Shown here: in pieces, positions 12,530-23,008 of the stretch | Layout of the letters: each line of letters begins with the position of its first letter | Numbering within the stretch: the stretch's first letter is position 1 | Source: Tilletiaria anomala UBC 951 | Lineage: Eukaryota | Assembly: GCF_000711695.1 (NCBI RefSeq) | Contig: NW_013547018.1 | Location: 310,001-374,000, forward strand | DNA: 64,000 nucleotides | Reading direction: 5' to 3' | Notes under the pieces: generated by a model | Database searches by the model: none | What the model was told of the DNA's origin: nothing | Seen by the model: the letters and a program-made list of their open reading frames with translations, nothing else | Translations under genes and position numbers: made by a program

Positions 12530-14525
12530 CCCCGGCTGCTGCATCTCCTTACTATCGCGGGCCATTCGCGGCCCTCCTCGGCGCCCTTGTGCATGCTTTT
12601 CCTGTGGTAACGTTGGAAGTCACCAGCGAATCTGCCCTGGAAAAGCAGTAAGATGCGGTAGAGCAGTTCCAACTGAGCCCTTCTCTGGTCAAGCACAGAG
12701 GCGACCTGAGCGCGTGCAAGGGCTACTCGGCCTCCGACATCGTCACCTCGGACTCGGGCATGGCTGTGACGGTCAACATGATCGGCGACGAGTGCCATGC
12801 GCACGGCGCGCACGACTACAGCAAGCTCCAGCTGACGGGTCAACTATGACACGATCGAGCGCATGCACGCGCTGATTACCAATGCCGATCAGGAGGTGGT
12901 CGTCGTTTTGGAAAGTGTTTCCCGCGGCGCACATGGCGCAGTCCGCGTTAGCTACAGCAATAAGCAGAGCTTCAACATTAAAGCCACCCGCAAGGACTTG
13001 AACAAGTGCTGTTCGAAACGAACGACACCGGGCCGCTTATGTCCCAAGACTTTTATGTCCGCATCGAGACGAGCCTTCCGCATGGTCCACGCGCTCATCA
13101 AGAACTGGAACGGCGACGGCACGCTGTACGAGGGCATCGTCTTGCCTGGCCGCACCGTCTTTCCCGACTGGATGGCCAACGGTACGCAAGACTGGGGGAA
13201 CAAGGAGATCATGCTGTTCTATATGAGTCTGTCGCTCATGCTGCATAGAAGCTCCGCGAATATGCATACATATATATATCTCGTGCGCATGGCACCGGTG
13301 CAGACAATTACATGCTGACATTGGTCGCTGATTCGGCACGTCGCTGACGATCCCGGCGGCGGCCTGTGGCTGGACGTGTCAGAAACCGTGAGCTTTCTCA
13401 GCTATGTAGAGTGAAATATGGCTATGCGCTGATCGTCAGCAGCAGGCCCCTTGTGCCTCCGACGACGCGCAGCGCTCCGTACGAGATTCCGGGTCTTGCC
13501 TGGACGCAGACGAACGTCTCGGGCAGCTATGCGCGCCGGTCCATCGACGAAGCGTCGCTGCAGTGCTGCACTACCTCGCCAAGCGGAAGCACTACGCATT
13601 GTTCGATCATGGCGACGTGCGCGGTGCGGCGAGCCTTAGTAGCCCATACCTCTACCCGTCGTACGACTTCAACATTACGCGTCACACTGACGGCTAGTTT
13701 GAGAACTCCAGTCCAGGCGACACGAGCAACCTGTCCAATGAGACTCTCCGCATCGACCTGGTGCATGCCAGCAGCATGTGCGGGTACGACCTGCACTACA
13801 TATTCGGACACATGCTCAATCGCGCCACGCACACCGCAATGTAGCAGCGCCAGCCAACCGAAAGGTAGTTGCTCATCGGCTGCTCCAAACTTTCTTGGCA
13901 CTTCCAGTCTTGTATGACACTGGCTCGGCGGCAATCTCTCAACGCAAAAGTCGTACGTGCAGAACACGCGCAACATGCTGATGTACACTGTCTACGGCAA
14001 CCCTATGATCAGTGCTGGTGCTTGAGAGCCCCAGGCCATCTTTCCATTGAACACGTTCGCTTACCACCTTCCCTTTGCAGCCATGGGTCGCTTTGGCGGC
14101 AACTCGACCGATTCGCTGCTGGTACGCTGAGTGATGATGGCCACCTCTTCGCCATTCTACCGCAACCATGCGGCGTTCCCACTCGGCCAGCTAGGAATTT
14201 TACCGCTGACCTAGCTCACCGCGCGCAGTCAAGACCAGCATCGACATTCGCTACCGCTTCCCGAACACCATGTTCACGAGCCTGCACTACGTCGATTAAA
14301 AAGAGCACGTCCTTGCTGGAGCCCTTGTGGTGGCGCTACCCTGCCGACAAGAGGTCGTTTGCCGTCGAGAACCCGTACTTTGCGCTCATCGTCGCAACCC
14401 GCCACGACGGCAGCACGGCTGGCTCGCTCCACCTTGATGACTGGACCAGCGTGCGGCAGTCCGCCATCACCCTGGCGACCTGTTCATTTGCCATCTGCAC
14501 GCTAACTGTCGACGGCGTCTTTTGA
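12530..14525 (+). pseudogene. Degenerate secreted GH31 alpha-glucosidase pseudogene
   Basis: Collinear GH31 blocks: ACKGYSASDI, LQLT/VNYDTIERMH, VLFETN..YVRIETSLP, YEGIVLPGRTVFPDW, GGLWLDVSE (nucleophile motif), YDLHYIFG, HWLGGNLST, PLWWRYPAD, AGSLHLDD; interrupted by stops, frameshifts and deletions; ends approximate. Confidence 0.85.
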
Positions 14526-14723
14526 CTACAAGGGAGAGGGTGACCAATGTTGAAAAGGTCATCCTTTTCGGAAAGGACGCGAGCAAGGCCGCATCGAGGG
14601 ATGTGTCGCAACTGCAGGGTAGTTATAACTTGAAGTTCAAAGCGCTCGCCATTAATGGGCTATCGCAGCATGGTCCATTCAAAATTAGCATTGCCTGATG
14701 CATGCATGTACTCTGGACGATGT

Positions 14724-15479
14724 TTATTGGAGATGCAGGTACTCCCACGTGCACTCGCTCGCCTTTCCCCTTTCCCAACGATCTGCGCCCCTGCTGCCGT
14801 CGCCTTGAAGAGAGACGTGCAGGGACATTTCTCTCGACGCCACAGCGTCACCCGGCTCTTGTGTTTGCAATCGCAGCCGCAGCCGCCACTCGAGCCACAA
14901 GCTGGGGCCAAAGTGCATTAACTCGCCGCCACCCGTGCGACTGGGCTCGCCAAGCAGCGCGACAAGCTCCCGCGCCTTTGTGTACGTCTCAATGCAGAAC
15001 TCCACGACCCTCGGCGCCGAGGGCTCATCTGATGATGAGATATTGACAACCTCTCCAACAAGGACGATCGGAAGGCAGGGGTAAATACCGCCAGAAGGAT
15101 GCGGGTTGTAGAGGAAGAGTGCATCGAGCTGCCACGGCTCTGTCTCGATGCGGGATAGGTGATACTCTAGGGCGTACCGAGCGATCATTAGAGTGAGGTT
15201 CTTTCTGCCATTCGTGATAGGCCGGTCTTTTTTGGCAACATCGACCCTGGCGGGTGGTTGCCTGCCCTGGCGCTGTGCCTCCATAGTCTCGATCGTGAAG
15301 CAAAGTCGGAGGACATGAGAAAAGGCCGGGCAAGAAGGGGTAGCAGAGGCGGCTGGGGCCCAGGGAGTAGTGAACTGCTGGAGAAGCAACAGTGTGGGTA
15401 GTGGGTTCAATGCCTTGGTCAGCAAAGCTGGGTCCAGCTCCGCGGCGCCAGCTACCCCCAATGCATTACGTTGCATCAT
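14724..15479 (-). CDS. Hypothetical protein (~251 aa from ATG 15479), possibly orphan or relic
   Basis: Long uninterrupted ORF in an otherwise ORF-poor zone; no motif recognised. Confidence 0.3.
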   Translation of the reverse strand: MMQRNALGVAGAAELDPALLTKALNPLPTLLLLQQFTTPWAPAASATPSCPAFSHVLRLCFTIETMEAQRQGRQPPARVDVAKKDRPITNGRKNLTLMIARYALEYHLSRIETEPWQLDALFLYNPHPSGGIYPCLPIVLVGEVVNISSSDEPSAPRVVEFCIETYTKARELVALLGEPSRTGGGELMHFGPSLWLEWRLRLRLQTQEPGDAVASREMSLHVSLQGDGSRGADRWERGKASECTWEYLHLQ

Positions 15480-15666
15480 TGACGGAGGGCCAACAGGAGA
15501 GTGAAAATCCAATAGCAGATATCAACAGATACGAAGAAAACCCCGAGGGGGTCACTCGCTGGTGAAAATGATCAAGGCAACAGCGGACGAAAAGGGTGTC
15601 CTGCCTTCGATAAATAAAAATAAAATGTGCTGTAAAATGACGGCGTGCAAAAAGAGAAAAAAGTAT

Positions 15667-15768
15667 TGACGACTGTGGGACTCGAACCCACGCCCCGGAG
15701 GACCAGAGAATCTTTGCGATAAGCGCAAGATCCTTAATCTGGCGCGTTAACCACTTCGCTAAATCGCC
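15667..15768 (-). tRNA. tRNA-Leu(AAG) with 23-nt intron, copy 1
   Basis: Acceptor GGCGATT/AGTCGTC+A, D arm GCG/CGC, anticodon arm CCAGA-TTAAGG[intron]C-TCTGG, long variable arm, T arm GTGGG-TTCGAGT-CCCAC; T-run terminator downstream. Confidence 0.95.
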
Positions 15769-15847
15769 TGATGTATGTTTGAGAATACATTATGGTATAT
15801 TACGTGTTCACATAAGTTATGTGCCCTAAAAAGGATAAAAAAAGTAA

Positions 15848-15950
15848 TGACGACTGTGGGACTCGAACCCACGCCCCGGAGGACCAGAGAATCTCTGCAA
15901 TGAACTGCAAGATCCTTAATCTGGCGCGTTAACCACTTCGCTAAATCGCC
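15848..15950 (-). tRNA. tRNA-Leu(AAG) with 24-nt intron, copy 2
   Basis: Exons identical to copy 1, intron differs; T-run terminator at 15837-15843. Confidence 0.95.
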
Positions 15951-18163
15951 TGATATATCCATGAACATATCGGGAAGACTATGTACCGAGCACTGTCTGG
16001 ATAAGTTTTTATAATTTGCCGTTGTACGCTTCACCGCTTACGCCTATCAGCTTCAAGTTGTGACGTAATGTCTTGTATGGCCAAAGGGGTGCTTCGAGGT
16101 TAAATCTCCGGCGGTTGCGGAGCATCGCGCGACGATTTGAATCATCGCCAAAGACTCGGTGGACTGTAGAAATTGGCGCCGCTCGGCCCGCCAGTCTTTT
16201 CGTGAACGTTCGTGCTGGCAATTCCTTAAACATAGGAAGCCACTATTACTCCTCCCAACCACCGCACGGACCTACAAACTCTTGTTGCCTTTTGCTCCAC
16301 AGGTACCTTGCACATTACAGTTGCTGCTATATATTTACTACCACAGACAAAGCGTAATGGAGCACTTGAATCTCTGCTTCAAGCGGTGATGGTCACCGGC
16401 CGACCGAGGGTCATCATCAGCAGCGGCCGTAGAGGCGGTCGGCCGCCGCAGTAAGTAGCGCAAACACAAACCGAGTTCAGCTTTTATCAATGAGCATCTT
16501 TGTTTGGCACGCGCAACACATCTTGTTTGAGTGCAACGCCCTTTTCGAATCGCATAAATGAGAGTGATACACACATCATTGCATCCCCAAATGTATCTAT
16601 CTAGTCCCTGACGAAATCACCGCAGCCTCGGCCGAGAAAGCGACTCATATGTAATCCCTCGGCGTCCGGCACAATTCTCTGGAGGTCCCAACCTGCCGGC
16701 CAGAAGTGAGCCAAGGTGACAGTGATACCAAAGATGGATACTCGAAAAATGTTCGAGTGCGAATCGTGCCATGAGCTCTTCCCTGGCTGCCGATTGTGCT
16801 CCATCCACAAGAGCGACAAGCATCCGGTTGGTCCACTGTGATGCCCACATCGCTATTAAAGGCGTTTTCAGAAGCTATGCCAACTCATGTACCATCACGA
16901 AAGGGAGCATCAAATGCATGCGAGCCTCGCAGGTTGCGAAGACGATTACAGCTCTTTGGTTGCGGAAGATATGTGAGACTACATAATAAGGGTTTGGCTG
17001 GAAATGATTCTTGCAATATTGCTTGATCACAGCAGCTTCTATTTAGAGCGATGGTGGGAAATACTGGAGTGCGCAAAACGCTTGGAAGAGCAACTGCCTC
17101 ACAGACGAAAGGTTACATGTATGGGCACGTATGGAGGGATGTGCCACAGCATGACAAGGGCAACATGGTGACGGACAAGCATAGTAGGGGGATTTGCCAA
17201 AGCATGCCATCGACTCTTCAAAGGATCGTTGCCAAAAATGCCATAGGGAGACATGGGAAGCATAGATACGGAGTGAAAAAGTATAAAAGAGTCGGCATTG
17301 ACTGTTTTAATGTTGGAGCTAAAATTGCGAGGAGGGTTCTGGTTGGTGCTTCGCGGGTAGGGGCTCTCCGGAGATTCATACGATACCTATTTTGTATTCA
17401 AGCCTTAGGTTCGCCATCCATATTCGTTACTATTGAAAAATGTCCTTCCGTTGGACCCAGCGACGACGCACCTTGATTGGGCCCGACGGGGTGGGGAAAG
17501 GGTTATGTCTCAAATCGTAGGGGAGAGGACAGCGATGAGCTGTGGATCATGAGTGTCGACGGCGGATGATGGGCGATAGATGCACGACGATGCGTTGATG
17601 ATGCAATGAAAACGACTGGGGAGGGTCGATCATTGATTGGAGGCCTTTTCAAGATGGTGACTCGAACGTGAAGCAGCCGTTGAACGCAAACGGTGAGTCA
17701 ATGTGACTAACTCTCCCCCAGCCAACCCATCCGCTGAGCTTTTCATACGAAGGGAAAGTGCGGCACTGCGCCACACACTCTAGATTGATTCGGCATCTCG
17801 ATCAGTCTTTTCTCGACTTTCCGCTCTTGTTCTTCCACCATCCGCTGTTTGGCAAGGGAGAGTCTGCTCACAACTCCAAACTCGACCCCCATACCATCTC
17901 TCATTTGGACTCAGACGTGTGCGTTCGTGTATAAAGTAGGCTCGGTAACGCACAGCAGGCCTTCGTCGTACACGTCCCAACACTCATAGGCCCAACGACT
18001 GTGTGGCGGCAAAGCGCTTCCCCGACGGAAATTACCGCGTCATCTTGCGGCGCGCGGGCTGCTAGTCGAGTGTCGCACGACCTCGCCCCCACGCCTCCCG
18101 ACTCATCCCACGCTCATCCATCTGCACCGCACCTCGGCTTTTCTTCTTGTGGCGCTTTCCATA

Positions 18164-21100
18164 ATGAGCAACGAGTCTGCACATCTCACTCCAGGGGTCT
18201 TGAATCCTGCAGCTAATTCCTGGCAGCCGCAAACATCTCGCGCCGCTATCGAACATGGCCAAGGCTGTGGCCCCATAGAGCGCCAGCCCGCCAATGGAAA
18301 GCCAGCGCGCAAATCTACAGGACGCACTGGGCGAGGGGCAAAGCGCGCAGTCAATGGCGCACCTTCAGAAGCCCAGCAGCAACAGCAGCAGCAGACGGGG
18401 CAAGGAAAAGGACGAAATCGGGGCAAGTCGAAGCCCAATGCTCAGAGAAAGCCTGAGTTGTCTCTGTCCGGAGACTCGCACCCCAACAGCACGACTGCAT
18501 CAGATCTGTCAGACTCGGCACTGGCCTCGAAAGCGGCCTCGCGGCGGCAAAAGTTTGGAACGAAGCTCACTTCCTCTGACAAGCCCACGCAGCCGGCTAG
18601 GCGACCGCCGGACCCTTCCTCGGCCTTCCCCCTTCGTGACGATTATCCTGACCTTCGCTCTCGTCTCATCGCCGAGCTCAGCCACGGTCAGTATGACTGC
18701 GTGATATGCTATTCTACCGTCGCAACGCGCCAACCGGTCTGGTCCTGCTCTCAGTGCTCGGCCGTCCTGCATCTGAACTGCGCAAAGCAATGGGCCGAAC
18801 GCAGCGTCAAGCAGATGGAGGAGCAGAATGCGATGCAGGAAAATGCCGAGATCCGCGCGAGGAGAGGCACATGGAGGTGCCCCAGCTGCCAGTACGCGCG
18901 CGAAGACGTGCCGCACAACTACTGGTGCTGGTGCGGCAGAGTGATGGACCCCAGCCCGCAGAACACTCCGCCAGGCAGTGTCCGAATCCCACACGGCTGC
19001 GGACAGAAATGTACCAAAGGGAACTGTGCACAGTGAGTCCTCGATAAGCACTCTGCATGTATGTCTAGCTAACTCCTTTGATAGTGCGTGCACTGAGCTC
19101 TGCCACCCAGCAGCGTGTCCGCCGTGCCCAGTGACTGTCTCTCGGCGCTGTTTTTGCGGTAAAAAGACCGTCACGATTCGATGCTCACAGCTCACCCGCA
19201 CATCTCGTGTCGCCATGCTCGGCCTCGCCGAGAACGGCCTGGGCAGCGAGCTCGGCGGGATATCGTGCACGGACGTCTGCGGCAAGGCGCTCAACTGTGG
19301 CGTCCACACCTGCCAGTCAGTCTGCCATGCAGGCAAGTGCGGCGATTGCACGGTCACCAAAGAGGCAAATTGCTACTGTGGGAGAGATACCAAGATCATG
19401 CTCTGCGGACAAGGGCAGGAGATCAAGAGTTACAGCATCGCAGGAGACGAAAGCTGGGATGGGTACTGGTCGTGCGAACAGCTTTGCGAGAGAAAGTTCG
19501 ATGTGAGTTGGTTCGCCAAGTAAGGTTGACAGACGGCCATGCTCACCTCCCTTCTTTCAGTGCCGGCATCATGCCTGCAAGAGAACGTGCCACCCCCTCT
19601 CGCGCCAGGCAGCAACGTGCTCGCGCTCTCCATCCCTCGTGTCGACATGCCCCTGCGGCGCGACATCCGTCGCTGGCCGCACGTCGTGTACCGACGCAAT
19701 CCCGACGTGCCAAAACACGTGCAAAAAGGACCTCCCTTGCGACCATCAATGCGTCGGCTTATGCCATGCAGGTGACTGTGCGCCATGTGCTGTGCCCACC
19801 ACGCGGCCCTGCCGATGTGGAGAGGCCAAGCAGACGCTAGTGTGCTCTGCGCGTCAGGCGGCCGGAGGTGGCGAACAGGACGTGCTGTGCAAGATGGTGT
19901 GCAAGGCGCTGCGCAACTGCGGCAAGCATCAGTGCAATCGTCAGTGCTGCCCGCTCTACTTTCAGGCCAAGTCCAAGAGCAAAAAACGTCCGACGCCAGC
20001 TGAGTTGGAGATGCAAGACCCTATGGGCTTTCACGCCTGCGACGTCCCCTGCGGCAAACCGCTGTCGTGCAAGCTACATTCGTGCGAGCGTAGCTGCCAT
20101 CGTGGGCCGTGCGGGCGTTGCCTTCAGAGTTCATTCGAGGAGGCCGTCTGCCACTGCGGGCGCACCGTCATGGAGCCGCCTATCCAGTGTGGAACGCAGA
20201 TTCAGTGCAACTTTCCGTGCACGCGCCCGCCCCCGCCGTGCGGCCACCCGCCCCTGCCGCACAACTGTCATCAAGAGGAGGATTGCCCGCCATGCGTTTA
20301 CCTGACGGATCGCCTCTGCCACTGTAAGAAGACCGTCGTGCCGAATGTGCCGTGCAGCCGCACGAATGTCCACTGTGGCGTACAATGCGGCAGCGTCCTT
20401 GGCTGCGGTTTCCAGTGAGTGTGCGGCGCGTTGAACTTGAACGTGGAACGCTGACATGTGCGCTCTCTAGTCGATGCCAAGGGGTCTGCCACCAGGCGCC
20501 GGCCGACTGTGGGCCGTGCACGCAAATGTGCGGCAAGCCGCGCAAGCTGTGCGGACATGCTTGCCCGACGCCTTGTCACGCTCCGGGCATGTGCCCCGAG
20601 ACCGAGGCATGCCAGGCGTTGACGGTTCTGCAATGCGGCTGCGGACACGTGCAACAAAAGGTCAAGTGTGGCGTGTCGATGCACAAGCCTAACGCAGAGA
20701 GGAGCCTCAAGTGCAACGACTCGTGCGCGATCGCGCAGCGCAATGCCAAGATGGCCGAAGCGCTCGGCCTCAGCGTTGGCGACAAGGCAGGGCCAACGCA
20801 GTATCCTGACTCAGTGCTTGCATTCTACGCCAGCCGGCGAAAGGAGGCAGAGCAAGTCGAGCAACTGCTCACCGATTTTATCAAGTCGCCGCGGCACGGG
20901 ACCATCCTGCCAGTGGCGAACAAGGAGGTGCGGCAATTCACGCACGAGCTCGCTACATGCTATGGCCTGGCGAGCGAGAGCGTCGACGAGGAGCCAAGGC
21001 GCAGCGTCATGCTGCGCAGAGGCGGCGGTGGCAGCGCGAGCGCGCTGCCGACCCGGTCGCTGAACGACGCATGGAAGGAAAAGGCGGCCGAGTCGGCGCT

Positions 21101-21797
21101 CCTCAGCACCAGCGCGGCGCGCAGGGCACAGTCTGTTACGCTGACGCAACTGCGTCGGCAGCCATCGGCGGGGGTCAGCGCGCCGGCGTCCGCTACGCCC
21201 CTGTCCAGCTGGAACAGTTTCATCCTTGAGGGCGTTTTTGGACAGGACGAGGCGTCACTGCGAGCGGTGCTGTCCCCTCGCCTCGGCGAGGCGGTCGCGT
21301 ACGGGACGAAGTGGCTGACACACGAGGACGTGCTCGTGCACCCGGTGCTGCGCGCCGCCATGGGCACCGCTGCGATCGACGCGGCGGGGCGCGCCATCGT
21401 GTCTGCGTTCGAGCCGGTACGGAGCCTCTGCGGCAAATCCAGCAGCAGCAGCGGTCCACCTGTCGCGAGGGCGTTGCGCCCTGCGACGGTGGACTTGTTG
21501 TCGCCGTCGCTGCCGGTGCTGCGCAGAGGGAGCAGCGCGACGGAGAACCGCGCGGCGACGGGGTCGGCATGGAGCAGCCACGTGCTACTTGAGCACGCCG
21601 TCGTCCCTGCGGCTGTCCGCTCCGCGCCTGTGTCTGGCAGGGCGACGCCGATGCACGGGTATGCGCCCTCAGGCGGGGGTCCGCTTTTGATGGCAGCTGC
21701 CGCTGCACGTGGGCAGGGCGGCGCGGTAGGCTCTCCATCGCCGCCGCCTGTGGTGCCAGAGGGGGATGTGCCGGATAGCTGGGACGATAGCGTGTAG
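18164..21797 (+). CDS. FAP1: NF-X1-type zinc finger protein with RING and R3H domains; introns 19033-19084, 19503-19560, 20415-20470
   Basis: RING CVIC..WSCSQC..HLNC..W..WRCPSC; repeated CGxHxCxxxCHxGxC NF-X1 fingers; R3H VRQFTHELATCYGLASESVDEEPRRSV. Confidence 0.92.
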
Positions 21798-23008
21798 GGT
21801 ACCCTAGCGTGGGTGCATTTGGCTGCGGCGCTGCACGAGCGTGTATGTACCATTGGAACGAGTCTGGTGCGCCTGCGATTGTGCGGTACATGCCTTGACC
21901 CCTGGATCCGTGTGGCTCTGGGTGTGCGCACCGGTTCCCTGGTCGAGGTGGATGATGGCGGGCTACCGCGGCCAGAGGGAGTGGCGGGGGAAGAGTCTGT
22001 GTATCAATGAGACCGCTTTATTCTTTTTCTTTCTTTTTTGCTGCTGCTGTAGTCTACTCCTTGAGCAGCACATGAGTGCGATGGGATGAGAGAGGAAGTA
22101 TACATGTTGTCACGTGACATATACATTCTGTCATGTCCCGGCTGGGGGGGGTCTCACAAATGCTTCGCAGTTGCAATTCGGCAAAGGAAAAAAGTGGTGT
22201 GAGAAGGGAGAATAATGCCGAACGGAAGCGTTGGTTCAAAGATACCCCAGCTTCAGGTATGATGCCGCAGATACATGCATTGTTGCAGTAACCCTAATGA
22301 CAACTCACATTCAAAACTCCCCAGCACTCACATGCTCGCAGCCACCGCTCCCGACTGCTGCATGGCTGCATCACCTGTTTGTTCCACATGTTCGGGTCTG
22401 CTTCGAGTGAGTGGGATGGGTGGGGACATTTTCAGTTTGCTTCCCCTCCCACCGACGTGGTGCACTGGCAGACTCGCACTGTTGACGGGCACAGGTGGGG
22501 GAGTCTCTCTCTCTCGCACACACCCGCAGCCACAGGGCGCTCCGTGGGTCGAATCAATAAGCATTTCCCGTTCTGCACCCAGCAAACCGTCCCGACAGCC
22601 ATGCACATGCACACGTGTGCATGGCGCGGTTGGTGCCACGGATGATGCATGTCTCTCTCACACACAATGTCACGCACGCACTCAGTGCACAACGCCCTCA
22701 GCACAGCCAGCAAGCACCCATGCACGCAAAAGGGTGGGGCTCGTGCCGTGCACCGCGCCCTCCCCACGAGGAAAGGAGAGGCAGATATACATACCCCAGA
22801 GCGCGTCCTGACGCCACGGCTATTTGCGCACTCGCCACAAGCAGCCCCACGCAGCCGACCTTGCCGTACAACACGGACACATCGCACAGCAGCCTCATCA
22901 TCTCTCGCCATGGGCCCTAGTCTCTAGCAAACCAGTACAGGGGTCATGCAAAGCGCTTCGAAAGGATAAGCTATACAGTTGGACCACGCGCAATGGGTAT
23001 CGATCATG

